Assembly: GCF_009914755.1 (NCBI RefSeq)
Contig: NC_060926.1
From: the human T2T-CHM13v2.0 reference genome, Homo sapiens
DNA length: 64,000 bases
Direction: 5' to 3' (one strand)
The position numbers and the translations under genes are program-made. This document shows, piece by piece, positions 41,199 to 54,130 of the stretch. Numbering within the stretch: the first letter of the stretch is position 1; each line of letters starts with the position of its first letter. Below the pieces are notes generated by a model. That model searched no databases, had not been told where the DNA came from, and saw only the letters and a program-made list of their open reading frames with translations.

Positions 41199-43402
41199 CT
41201 AGAAATCTCTGCCTACTTTACACTTTTTGGGTCAATCTGCTAATGAATTAAATTCTGATGTTAAAACAAGATTTGCTTCCTGCCACTGTATGCTTCTATA
41301 CATCTTTGTGCTTTCTATGTCCATATCTTTTTCTACACACACACAATTATGCAAAAAGAGATATATATATAGCGAGAGAGAGAGAGGAGAGAGGCTGGAG
41401 AACTAGATGGACAAAAATGTCTTTTCAAGTAAGAAAGTAAGTAATGGGGGCTGGAAACACATTCTTGAATAACATAAGAACATAACTGAAAAAGTAGAGT
41501 AATGGAGTAACCTGCAGGAAAATTTCTACCTTGGAATCCTTGTAGAACTGATATGTGTTCACGATTTCCAGTGAAACATAGAAAATGTGCAACTGAGAGT
41601 CTGCATGGTGGTCTGTTTCAATATGCTTGGAGACCGCAGTCATTGTAACTGACTACAACTTGCATTCTTAAGGCAGGTGGCAGGATGTAGGCTGGGTTTT
41701 CTGCCTCCCTCCAGGGCTCAGTGACCTTGGTGTATGAAGTCAAGAGTAAAAGAACTGGTTTAGATGAAAATGTATGCAGCTTGGGCATTGGCAAGAAATG
41801 AACTTGGCTCTTTTAGTTGAATTCTATAATAGCAGGATGAATTTTTTTTAAAGAAAGAGAAAAAAAGAAAATAAACAACAACAACAACAAAAAACCTTCA
41901 GGTGCTGAGAGGAATGGGTTTTGTAGAGTAAATTTTCACAGGTTAGGTCAGCATCTAAACACTTATTCAGAATTTTATTTCATCACTTAAACAATGGGGA
42001 GGCATTGAAGGGGTTTTACTTTAAAGAGATCAATGTGATTGCTGTGTCAGGGTATGGAGAAAAGAGTCACCGGAAACAGAGGGAACATGAGGAGCTTTTT
42101 ATATTCTTCCAGAAGAGAAGTAATAAGGGCTTCGGCTCTTAATATTAGATGTATATGTTATGTACCATTTTCTGTTAATTAAGCTTCTTAGTATAACAGT
42201 GCAGAAGAGTTCGTTTTATGGATATCCTGGAGTGCTAAGAAAAGGGGAGAATACTCCACCCCACAATAGTTCATTAAAAATTAATTTCTGCAAAATTTCT
42301 TAAAAGCTTGAAGGGATTAAATGGTCATATATGTACCTTAGGTAATCATTCTGTGATAAATCTCTTTGGTTATATGCATCTAAGAGTCACTTAGTAAAAT
42401 GAGGAAAATATAGGTAATATCTATATGTTTAAAAATCTGATCATATGGTAAACTACAGGCATTTGATGTTTATAAATTCTGAACAGGTATCCTCTGTAAA
42501 TAAGCTATATTATAGAGAATACATACAAATTCTCCTAATGCAGTTGAGTATTAACTTCCCATGCATGGGTGGGCAGATTATTAAACAAATCAGGTATAAC
42601 TCAGAGACTAGGAAAGTGGGGACAACTGAAATTAATCTGCATCAGATTCTTAAAGAAAAGTCTTTAGAACAATATAAAATGATAAGTTAAATTCCACCTG
42701 TTGGAAAGTTGAATTCTGCTGACTTAATTTGCAAGCAAAAAATGTGGATGTAGAAAGTAAATCAGAAAATCACATATTTTCATTTAGCTTTTCTATATAC
42801 CTTATCAGAAAAAGGAAAAAGAAAGCCATGCAGAAAGGACTGGAAAATAATCCTTGTGATGCCCCTGGTTTGAGCATTCACAGCAAAATCTCAATCTGTA
42901 GTAGTGCTTAAAACTAAGGAAATGAAACAAATAAACTATTTTACTTTTTTTTTTTTTGCTTCAAAACTAGGAGTATTTATATTTTAAACTTGTAGTTGGA
43001 AAGATGAATAAAATATCCAACAATGCATTCCTTTATTGCTTCCATTTTAAATAGAAATATTTATAAGGGCATGGATATGAAGTTTTGATGTAAAAGCTTT
43101 GTTGGAACCTTAAGGTCATGTGCAATGAAGACAAGCTACGCACTGTAGCTTATAAATTAAACAGTACACATTTTTGCTTCTGTGGGGCCCTGGCTTCTAC
43201 AGCAGGAAGTGAAGAATCAAGTGACTTCTTGTAGTCTTCTATATGTTGACTTTTGCTGTACACTTTGGTGAAAACATTTCTGTTCTCCAAACTAGATCTC
43301 AAAGGAATGGTGTTGAAATGCAGTCTACAAGTAGCATATATTTATTTCTGTAGCAGTCAAAGGATGGTTTCTCTTAAAAACACGTTCTTGACCCTCACTT
43401 CC

Positions 43403-43675
43403 TTTTTTTTTTGTTTTTAAATGGGGTCTCACCCTTTCACCCAGGCCGGAGTGCAATGGCATGATCAAGCAGATTCAAGTGGTTCTCCTGCCTCAGCCTC
43501 CCGAGTAGTTGGGACTACAGGCACGTGCCACCACACCCAGCTAAATTTTTGTATCCTAGTAGAGACTCGGTTTCTCCATGTTGGCCAGGCTGGTCTCGAA
43601 CTCCTGACCTCGTGATCCACTCACCTCGGCCTCCCAAAGTGCTGGGATTACAGATGTGAGTCACCGCGCCCATCC
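43403..43675 (-). mobile_element. AluS with a small internal deletion
   Basis: Antisense Alu; TCGGCTCACTGCAACCTCCGCCTCC is absent after ATGATC. Flanking direct repeat ACTTCCTT. Confidence 0.92.
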
Positions 43676-44529
43676 ACTTCCTTATAAATTGAAAAATTTC
43701 TATAAATGCTTGACATAATGAAGGCATTTACTCCAACAGGCACTTTTTAAATTTCTTTTTATATTGAGGGTAATTTTTGTTCCAAGTTTTGCCTTTTCTG
43801 AAATGAGATAAAAATGTGATGCAAATTCCTGAAAGTTAAGCAGTTCACAGCTCCATTTATAACTAAATTTACACAGATTTAAAAGTAAATTAAATTAGTA
43901 TGTATTATTTGCCCGAATGAACCATATGTCTATACTCAATAAACCAAGAAAGATAGTTTTATGATAAAAAAAGTTATGTTTTATATGTAATATCCTCCTA
44001 AATTTAAATTTAAATTTTAGGCAATTTAAAGGGTAGTGAAAAGCATATATTTGAAACTCTCAGAAAACTGAAACAATTATAATAAATCATATTCTTATGC
44101 GACAAGTAAAATAAATGAAGTATAAAGCACAAAGTACTGTGGAAATTTCACAATAGTGCATCTCACCTATGCAGACTCCACTGTACTGCCCAGATGATGA
44201 AGAGAGAAAAGGAGATAGAATGTTTTTAGTATGGGAGACTCAGCTTATCTTTTCACTAGTCACCAGGGATGAACTTGGGAAGAGACATGTTACTTGATTC
44301 CTCTCGGAGTGTATATAGCTCACTGTATTAAAGGTAATTTAGTGCTAGAAAATACTTACCTACTTTTCATCCAACTTGGCCCCTAAACACACGCTAACCA
44401 CTAGATACGATGCGCAATGGAGAAACAGTGACCCACTCCAAATCTAATCGGAAAACAAATGCATGTGTTGGATGTTTGTAATTTGGGGCTAGTACTTTAT
44501 TCTCTAGAGCAGTGCTTCTGTATGGGATC

Positions 44530-44964
44530 TATATGAGTTTTCTTGGGCTGCCAAAATAAAGTACCACAAACTGGGTGTCTTTAAACAACAGAAATACATT
44601 CTCTCACAGTTCTGGAGAGTAGAAGTCTGAAATCAAGGTGTCAGCAGGGCCATGCTCTCTATAGGGAATCTGTCCCCATGCCTTTCTCTTAGCTTCTGGT
44701 GTTGCTGGCAATCTTGGGCATTTCATGACATTCACCACTCCAATCTCTGCCTCCACTGTCATGTGGTTTGCTCCCCGTGCCAAGCTGTCTCTCTCCACTT
44801 ATAAGGACACTAGCCATATTGGATTAGAACCCACCCTAATGATTTCATCTTAACTTAATTACATCTACAAAGACCTTAATTACCAAATACGCTTCCATTC
44901 ACAGGTTCTTGGAATTAGGAATTCAACATATTTTGGGGTAGAGGGACAAAATTCCACCCACACC
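44530..44964 (-). mobile_element. MLT1 (MLT1C-like) solo LTR
   Basis: TACCACAAACTGGGTG..AAACAACAGAAAT..CTCTCACAGTTCTGGAG..GAAATCAAGGTGTCAGCAGGGCCATGCT. TSD GGATC/GGGTC. Confidence 0.88.
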
Positions 44965-45589
44965 AGGGTCTTAGAGTTAATTTTTACTATGGTAGATTTT
45001 TATTTTTAACCGTCTATATTGATTTTGGACTTCAATTCCTGTTTAGAATGTGACTCTACAGGACGTAAAAGTAAAGGTACCAGAAATATTTCACAAAAAA
45101 AGTTGTTTTATCTTCTGTTAAATTTCTCTTCCAGTAAGAAACATTAATTATTGTGGTCTATGAGTAGATAATAAATTTTCCTAAATATCAACTTGTAGTC
45201 AGAATTCTGAAGAAGGTACTAGATAGTAATTACTTCACTTGTGATATGTCCTTAGTTTTTCACCTCATCTGGTGATATTTGTTCTGCCTTCATCTGAGCT
45301 GACAGTACAAGAGGCAAATATTTAAGGCTAGTTCAACCACAATTAACTTTAATCCAAGTATATAACTATGCAAAATGAAAAACTGATCCAAACTAATATT
45401 AAATATCCTGAAAAGAAATAGCTTTCCTGAATTCAATCAGTTACCACACTTTGTTTTTAGGCAGCTTTAAATTTAGTAAATCTTAAAAAGATAGGGCAAA
45501 ATCTCACAGACTTATGTGAAAATAAGCTATAAGCAGAAACATTATTCTTCTTTTTCAAAAGACTAAATGAACACTTATGTTCTCCGTAA

Positions 45590-45790
45590 CAGAAGTATTG
45601 GTTATAACTTGGGTCAAACAACCCAGGTATAAATTCTAGTTCTGTTACTTACTAAGACAGATTTTACTTCTGTAAAATTGGCATAATAGTGATACAAATA
45701 TCATAATGTATTAAATGAAATAACGGAAGGAGAAAACTTAGCACAGTTCCTGGTACAAAGTAAGTGTTCAAAATGTTTGCAATAATATTT
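45590..45790 (+). mobile_element. MIR
   Basis: AATTCTAGTTCTGTTACTTACTA..TCTGTAAAATTGG..CTTAGCACAGTTCCTGGTACA. Confidence 0.65.
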
Positions 45791-46889
45791 ATCTAAAAAT
45801 AACTCCAGTGAATATTTATTTAATATGTAAATTTTTCCAGGTGGCTTCAGGCTAGATGCTGAGGTAATTAATAAAAATAATTAGAATATTTTTTTCTGAG
45901 TTCAAAGATCTGTTAATTTAGTGGGAAAGCTTATAATTTTAAAAACCATCACAATCAATATGTTGCAAATATGGTAAAAAAAATAAAGTAAGTAAGCAGA
46001 GTCTAGAAATATCTTATTTTCTAGGAGCTTTGCAAAGAGCAAGTTATTGGAAATTAAAATCTGAATGTTGTTCTTAATTGCTTCTGAAGTGCCATGAAGA
46101 GAACATCTTGAACGTGTTCTCCAGTAAAATTACATTGGCGTATATGCTATTTCCAATTTATTTACATAAAACCAGGCACACTGTACTTTATGAGATATAA
46201 AATAATTTCCCAGAGTGGTTTTGGCTACACGTGATCTTTGCCTAATGCCCTGACATTAAAATCAACCTCACTGTATAGTGTAATACTCCTATAAATTAGC
46301 CCAATCTTACTGAGGGATAATTTTACATTTTTGCAATTCATACCAGAAAAATACCTTGACATGCAATTCCACTTTCATAAATTTAGACTCAGTAAAAAAT
46401 TAAGGATATGTACCAGTATTTAGCTATAAGCATGATTATTTCAGGCTTATATTCAATAGTAAATATTGGAAAGACCAACATCAACGTTCAAATACAGAGG
46501 ATTTACGGAATATGTGTTTTTATTTCAATATAATCAATAGAAATACAGTCTTTTAATAATATTGCAAAATTATATGTAAAAAAATTGAAGTATAATTATG
46601 ATATTTTCAGTAATGGGAGCAGATTGCAAAATAGCAAACACAGATTCTATTAATATTTATGAAAAAAGTATAAACTATATATACACAGGAAAAAGTCTGT
46701 CAGAAGATATGCTAAGAGTGATTTCAATTTTCTTTATTTTGCTTGTACACGTTTTCTAATTTTTCTATACATACTTAACAAGCACAGTTTTAAAATCTTA
46801 TTACAAGTGAATTGTGTAAGAATCTGTAGCCACGATCTGAAACTATGGATTCATTTAGTAGAACAATTAGGTTTTGCTGATTTTTAAAA

Positions 46890-49800
46890 ACCTTATGGTA
46901 AAATAGAGCACATATTTTATTGTGAAAACTTTAACCCTCTTATTGTAAAATAAAACATGGATAAAGAAAAGTCACACAGAAGACATATGCACCTTAAATA
47001 GTTCTTATGAGGCAAACACCCTTGCAACCACCAACTTTGTTAGTCACTTCAGAAGCCTCTTGTACCCTGTTCCAATCACAATCCTTGTCTTCTCCTAATA
47101 AGTAACCATTATCTTGATTTACAGCACTTTCTTGTATTTCTTCCTCGTGTTTTATCATCCAAATATGCATTTCTAGACAATCTTGTTTAGTCTTGCCCAT
47201 TTAGATGTTTAGTTTAAACGTTGTTGATGCCGTGAGAATATTTGACATGTTTCTCAGTGCCCCGTATATCCTGAGATTTGGCTGCTGGATTGAAAGTCCT
47301 CATTAGGCTCAGGTTTAATACTACTCTCAAGACTGTGGGGTGACGTGTTTTCCCACTGGGGGCTCATAATGCCTAGTTGTCCCACTTACTGTATAATTAG
47401 CAGCTGCTGATGCTCTATGATTCATTTATTCACTGACAGTTGCAAAATGGTGATATTCCAGCTCTATAATTCCTTTCTCATGTATTAATTGGACTAATTA
47501 CATGTATTGTATGGATTTTTATAAAAAGATGCTTCCCTCATCTATTATTCAGTAACCCAGTGGTAAAATTCACATAGGAAAAATAAGATAAATGCGTGAT
47601 TCTTCAATTTTTAGTTTGCTGACTTTTCTAAAGGGGACCAATTCATTTTCTGTCTTTTAAATTATTATTTACAATAGATTTAACCATATTTGGTGGGATT
47701 CAATACATTGCAATTCCTTGTTCTGAAGCTCATATTGCCTCATTTAGAGTCTCATGTACTCCACTGTCTTTAACAGTTAGATCTTTAGCAGTTGTAAGAA
47801 GGTTCAGGCTCATCTTGCACATTTTCTGCTTTGTAAATGGATTTAGCCATTTCCTTAAGAAGGAAGTAACATTGTGAAATAACTTGGAAAAGAAGCATTT
47901 TAAGACCACAAGATATTTGGATGCTAGAGATTCTCATGATATTGTGTTGGTTGTTGCTTCTAGGCCTTTTGAGTGGCCAGGCTAGAAAACATAACGGTTA
48001 ATTCATACATATTAAAACATACACATATACAGTTATCATACATATATACGTATATATGATAAATTCAAGTTCATACTGATAAGTCAAATTTAGAACTATG
48101 GAGTTTTTTTTCTTAATCTCTTCTATATTACTTCTATATCTCCTTTCTTCCACACTAAGAAACCTACTTTTTAAGGACACAGGGGATGGCTGAATCAGAC
48201 TATCCCGTAATTATTCATTTACTTTATCTCTCATTACACACACACTCATCTGAGAATAACTGTACTAATATTATCCCTGTCAACATAACATTTCTTTAAA
48301 TATGCATTCTCCATTCTTTCCCCATTGTAATAGTTTTACCATACCCACATTACCTGAACATATAGCCATTTCATATTATATTCTTTGCCTCTTAGCCCTC
48401 AGCTAGTCTTCCTTCTGCAAGTAGCCTTATCACCACCCAGCCTTATGTCAGTCAAGCTTGTATGGAATTCAGTCTCTGTAAGATTTGTAAGAAAGATTCA
48501 CAGAAAAAATATTCGGTGGGTTCTTACATGTTGATATACATTTGGGTCCATATTTTGAAAGTCAATTTTGCTGGATACAAAACCATTTATGCATATTTTA
48601 ATTTGGGGGGATTACTTTAGTTTGTAACTGTTTTATTCTAACATAAAATGTCACTGTTGAAGTGCTTAATGATGACCTAATTCTTCCTTACTTTGTAAAT
48701 CACTAAATGTTTTTGCCAGAGGAAAGAATCTTTCTTTCTTTCTAAAGCACATTTAGTAATTTTAGTAAAATATCTTTTTATTAGTTTCAGGTATGTGATT
48801 TGCTTTTTCAATATGGAGTTTCTTTATTTTAATTTCAAAAATGCTTTCATGATTTTAGTTTTTATTCTGTTCTCTTGCAGACTCCTGTTTCCATACGTTA
48901 GATTTTTGTCTATTGTTAACATTTGCCCTTTCTTTCCAGTCTTTCATACCTTTTGCTTTATTTCTTTTTGATTAAAAAAAATCTTTCATCTTGTACTTCT
49001 CTTAAGGCACCATATTCTTTGTATTCCTTCTTGTGTTCCCTCTAATTTAGTCTTTATTCAAAAATTGTTTTTTTTCTTTCTGTTCCAATTTTTTTCTTAT
49101 AGTTCTATCATCTTTCTGAGTTTTTCTAATTTTGAGTTTTGTTATTCTTTAATGTGTTGAATCATTTCATAAATGTCTTTCAACTCATTCTGAAATGGAA
49201 TGTTGTAGACCTCCAATCGGTGGACATGTCTTTCTGGTGTTTTGTAATCGTTAGTAGGGATTTTATTTTGCTCTTCATTCTCTCCCTCTTTTCTGTGGTA
49301 ACACTGTTCAGATTTGATTTTGATATTTTTCTGTTGCTCATTTTTATGTGAAGTCAGTTTCCTAAAATTTTAGAAGAAAGCATGGTTTAAGGTAGCTTCT
49401 CTCACTTCATAGACATCTTCTGTTGTTTTTGTGAAATGTTCAAAATTATGATGGCTTGCTTACATTTCTGGTTCTTTTCCTCATCCTGTCCCTATCCCCT
49501 GCCCAGTCACTTTCATCAGCATATTATTATTATTTTTTTTTTCAGAGTTTCACTCTGTCACCCAGACTGGAGTGCAGTGGCACAATCTTGGATCACTGCA
49601 ACCTCCACCTTCCAGGTTCAAGATTCTCGTGCCTCAGCCTCTGTAGCTGGAACTACAGGCATGCGCCACTGTGTCTGGCTAATTTTTGTACTTTTAGTAG
49701 AGATGGGGTTTCACCCTGTTGGCAAGGCTGGTCTCCAACTCCTGACCTCAGGTGATCCGCGTGCCTTGGCCTCCCAAAGTGCTGGGATTATAAGCTTGAG

Positions 49801-50350
49801 CCACTGCTCCTGTCCTATCAACACATTCTCTTCCTCTCCTCTAATTGGCCCCTTTCCTGCTCCACTTTAATTTTACACCATCAGTTTCTTCCCGGTGTAA
49901 ATCCTGGTTCTGGAAGAGAGCCAAGCTGGCCAGTTTCAAGGATTTGTAAGATCTAGACTTCTTCTTTTTGCAGCCTTACCTCAGGCCCTTAGCACTGATT
50001 GGTTCCTGGATTGGGCAACACCTCTCCTGTTTTAACAGCTGTTATCAAATTGGACCAATGCGATTTCCAATAAGCACCTGCAGGATATTTTAAGATTATT
50101 CTGTTCTCACCGGCATCCCTTGCTCTGTTGCTTCCACACAGATATTAATACCATGCAAGTCTCCTGGCTGTTGGTGATTCACCTCACCTGCTTAAATACT
50201 GTGGTTTGTGGAGAAACCTTGTGGCCTTGTTTTCTGGTAAATACTGTCTACAGGTTTTATTCTTTTTTTGTTCTTGTTTCTTGCAATATCATTGCTCTAT
50301 TCTTATGTGGGATTAGGAGAGAGTCACAAATGTGCCATTGCTTCTGCCCC
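46890..50350 (-). mobile_element. Old L1M/HAL1-like element (L1MC-type 3' end plus ORF1 remnant)
   Basis: L1MC-like 3' UTR at about 46890-48300. The minus strand at 48551-48583 encodes VLYPAKLTFKI, an L1 ORF1p C-terminal motif. Confidence 0.7.
49523..49815 (-). mobile_element. AluSx-like element nested in the old L1
   Basis: (TAT)n/T tail, CCTGACCTCAGGTGATCC diagnostic, degenerate TSD ATCAGCATATT/ATCAACACATT. Confidence 0.92.
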
Positions 50351-50700
50351 ACCTTCCTTAATTTTTAAACTGCACAGAAGTCACATATATATAGATAGCC
50401 TTGATAATTGGTTCCTTTCCTCATTATTAACTGGTCAGTCATTATTAACCGGTTAATCATGTACTATGTTCTTCAATATGGACTATGGAATTAAAGTAAG
50501 GATTTGCCTTTCCTTTTGCATTTTAATGAAATATGGAATCACAGATTGAAACAGGTTGTATGTTTTCCGCTATGATATAACATATTATGTTTGAAGAAGG
50601 CAATAGTCAAAGGACACTAGTATTTTTCCTATATTATATTGTAGCACTTGGGATGAATTTGGGTTTTAGTGTTTTATCTGCATATCTTAATTAAACAAAT

Positions 50701-51060
50701 TGTGATGGTTAATTTTATGTGTCAGCTTGGCTTGGCCATGGTACCCAAATATTTAGTCAAACACTGTTCTAGATGTTTCTGTGTAGGTATTTTTTTGGAC
50801 GATCTTAACATATTAATCAGTAGATCTTGACACCTTGAGTAAAGAAGATTGCCATCTATAACACGTCATCCTGTCAGTTGAAGGCCAAAGGAAAAAGGCT
50901 GACCTCCTCCAAGTGAGAGGGATTTCTTCCAGAAGAGTGCCTTTGAACTTGAACTGTAAGTCTTCTGTGGATCTTCAGCCTGCAGGCCTGTCATGCAGAT
51001 TTTGGACCTGCCAGCCTCAAAAATTATGTGGATCAATTTCTTAAAATCTCTCTCTCTCCT
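50701..51060 (+). mobile_element. MLT2D-like ERVL LTR (body)
   Basis: TGTGATGGTTAATTTTATGTGTCAGCTTGG..GGCCATGGTACCCA..GCAGATTTTGGACCTGCCAGCCTC..CAATTTCTTAAAATCTCTCTC. Confidence 0.85.
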
Positions 51061-51805
51061 CTTTGTCTCTCTGTATATCTATAAATATGTAGATATATCT
51101 ATATCTATATATGTGTGTATATATCACTATATCTATATTATCCATATATAATGTAGTATATCTATATAATATATAGTATATAGATATCTATACTATATGT
51201 ATATCTATACTATATATGTATAGTATAACTAGATCTAGTATCTATGTATATATACTGTCTATATTGTGATAGATGTAGGTATCTATGTTATATCTATATA
51301 AATTAGTCTGTCTATACTATAGATGTACTACACAAAGGAAAGTTTACTAGAAAAGTAGTATGTGCACACCAATGTAAAAATTCTATAATCTTTGACTACA
51401 TATGAATAATTTGTATATGAGTCAGGATTGTTTAGAGACAGATCCAGTAGGGTGTGTGTATGTGTATAGATAGATACATCTATACTGTATCTATATCTTA
51501 TCTATAGACATAAATCTATATCTATAGATATCTATATTTACACTATATATATCATATCTAAGATATAGAATATCTATACTATATAGATATTTATATCCTG
51601 TCTATACTCTAGCTATATCATATCTATCATAGATAGATATGATATAGCTAGAGTATAGATAGATATATCTATCATATCTATCATATCTATAGATAGATAC
51701 GATATAGCTAGAGTATAGATAGATATATCTATCATTTCTATCATATCTATAGATAGATATGATATAGCTAGAGTATAGATATGATATAGTACAGATGTAT
51801 CTATG

Positions 51806-51842
<37 letters not shown>
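51060..51842. repeat. TA/TAGA-rich low-complexity tract with a 60-bp minisatellite and (CA)n
   Basis: 60-bp period at about 51629-51780 (about 2.5 copies); CA run at about 51809-51842. Confidence 0.9.
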
Positions 51843-51845
<3 letters not shown>

Positions 51846-51944
51846 ATTGGTTCTGCCTCTGGACACCCTAGTAGGAATCCATACCAGATAAGAAGAGCAC
51901 TAGGACAGTTCGGCTTTAGGCTTCGAGAAAAATAATTCTTTTTT

Positions 51945-52260
51945 TATTTTCCTTTTTAAACTTTATTTTATTTTGGTAAAAACACTTAATCTGAGATCTA
52001 CCCTCTTAACAATTTTTAAGTGTATAATGCATTATTGTCAACTATAGGTACCCTGTTGCACAGCAGCTCTCCAGATCCTATTCATCTTCTTTAACTGAAA
52101 CTTTATAGCTACTGATTAGCAACTCCTCATTTCCGCCTCCGCCAGCCCCTAGCAACCACCATTCCACTGTAGAAGCCTGTGAATTTTATTATTGTGGATA
52201 CTTCATGTAAGTGGAACCATACAGTATTTGTCCTTCTGTAACTGGCTTATTTCACTCAGG
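51945..52260 (-). mobile_element. L1MA 3' end (L1MA9-like)
   Basis: AACACTTAATCTGAGATCTACCCTCTTAACAATTTTTAAGTGTATAAT...GGCTTATTTCACTCAG. Confidence 0.85.
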
Positions 52261-52479
52261 CAGATAAAATGTAAGCTGTGAGGGACCTGTAACAAGGTTG
52301 AGACATAAGGAAGAAGTGAGGAAGCAAAATTCCCAGCTTGCCTCCAGCCTAGACTCTAAATAAAAGTAACAAAAGGAGTCTACATAGGTCGCTTGTGACA
52401 TTGCCATGCTTTCCAGGGCAGGAGACCAGAAAAGGATTTGGAGCTAAAACCCCTTATAGCAAAATATAGGATATATTTA

Positions 52480-52583
52480 TGAATCTATGTCTATATCTAT
52501 AAATTTATATATGTATAATATATACTATGCATACACATATATGTTTATGTATATACACACATATTTGTATATATTATACATAT

Positions 52584-52619
<36 letters not shown>
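52480..52619. repeat. TA-rich tract plus (GT)n
   Basis: Degenerate TA run followed by a perfect GT run at about 52586-52619. Confidence 0.9.
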
Positions 52620-52621
<2 letters not shown>

Positions 52622-53899
52622 CCAAACATAGATAGGGAATTAACCAAGGATACATGATACTGGGATTCTGGCTATTTTCTCCTAGAAGGCGGAATGACAG
52701 TCATAAGTCCTGTCCGGAAAGACAGTCATAAGTTAACATGACTGTCATGTTAACAATTAACATGGTTCATTGTTATTAATGATTAAAATGAAAAGGTTTG
52801 CCCAGAGGCAGTCCCTGTGCTATTCTATCTATATGAATTTATTTTCTTAATCGTTGCAGGAATTGTACTGAAGGAAGCATTATTGTCAGCATTTCATAAA
52901 CGAAGCAACTGAGTTTCAGAGAAGTTACATAACCAGTCCAAGGTTATGTGTGATTATCTTTGAAGAATCATCTTGACATTTCTCCAAACTACATCATTAG
53001 CTTCAACTTCTTTCTGTCTTTATTCTTTTTTAAGGACAAGGGCAAGTGCCAGGACAGATCTTTTAAAACACTCAAGTTTCTAATCATGCTGCTCTGACTC
53101 CCTTTGGTCCACTTAGCTTGATTTCCTGTACATATTTCTCTAATACACTTCTGATGTGTTTTGTAATGTTTCTTGACACTCACCCTGATTAAGCAACTGG
53201 CCCGAAATTGCACGAGGATTAATGATAGAACTATAAATTAAAATTTTTCATTCTCCTATTCTTTTAGTTTATTGAGCTATGTTGCTTTCCCAAAGATGCA
53301 TTATAGATTACAACATCTTTTCAAATAAAGGAAACTCATTTGTGTTTCCAGTCCTACAAATCTAGGTGAGAAATGCATGGCCACCATAGGCAAAACAAAG
53401 TTTTAAGGTTAATATTTTCATGCTTACAGTACTCTCAAGAAATTTTATCTGTTCTCTTGTGCTCATTGTCCAAGTAATCAGAAGGATATTAATGTTAAAG
53501 AGTGAAATGAAATATATTATTATACACTAGTTCTGTATTGCCCAGGGACTGTCACTCCTTACTTTAAAAGTTCATTTGAATATTTGCTGAATAGAAATTG
53601 TAGCTAAAATAAAAAGAATCCCTCAGGCAAAATTAAGCATGAGGTATTTTACATGCATAGAAAGAAAAGGGTTAATTAAACCATCACATTTAGAGCCACT
53701 TTTCTAGGACATTTCCTTTTACAGGAGCTATTTGGGTAAATGTATGCAAATTGTACATGGATTTGGTGAGCAGTAAAAGGATATTGTAAAACTTCATTAA
53801 TTATAAATTCTAGAGAAGAGACAAAATGGACTTTGAATGAACTGAGTCCATTTGCTCCATTATGTACATTTATCTGTATAGATGTGGAATTTACAGAAT

Positions 53900-54130
53900 T
53901 CAAACTCCATTTATTGGACACCTGCTACATGTCACATGAGGCTAAGTGACTTACATTTGGTTTCTCACTTAACCTTCACATTTAATCCATGAGAGTGCTA
54001 CTCATATCCCTCACTTTTTATGTTAGAAAAGTAAGGCTCAAGTGTATCTCACACAAAGATGCACAATATGAAGTAGCGACTCAGGCATCCTAAAGAGTTC
54101 TGATTTAGTCTCCGGACTTTTCAAGTGATA
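53900..54130 (-). mobile_element. MIR
   Basis: ATTTATTGGACACCTGCTACATG..TCTCACTTAACCTTCAC..GAAAAGTAAGGCTCA. Confidence 0.6.

Noticed and set aside
50421-50460. 18-bp tandem pair containing the palindrome ATTAACCGGTTAAT
   Set aside because: Short and AT-rich; explicable by local duplication, with no supporting context.
51602-51840. Repetitive-peptide ORFs and a regularly spaced repeat that might suggest a CRISPR-like array
   Set aside because: The units are contiguous low-complexity tandem copies with no unique spacers, in a eukaryotic context; it is a minisatellite.
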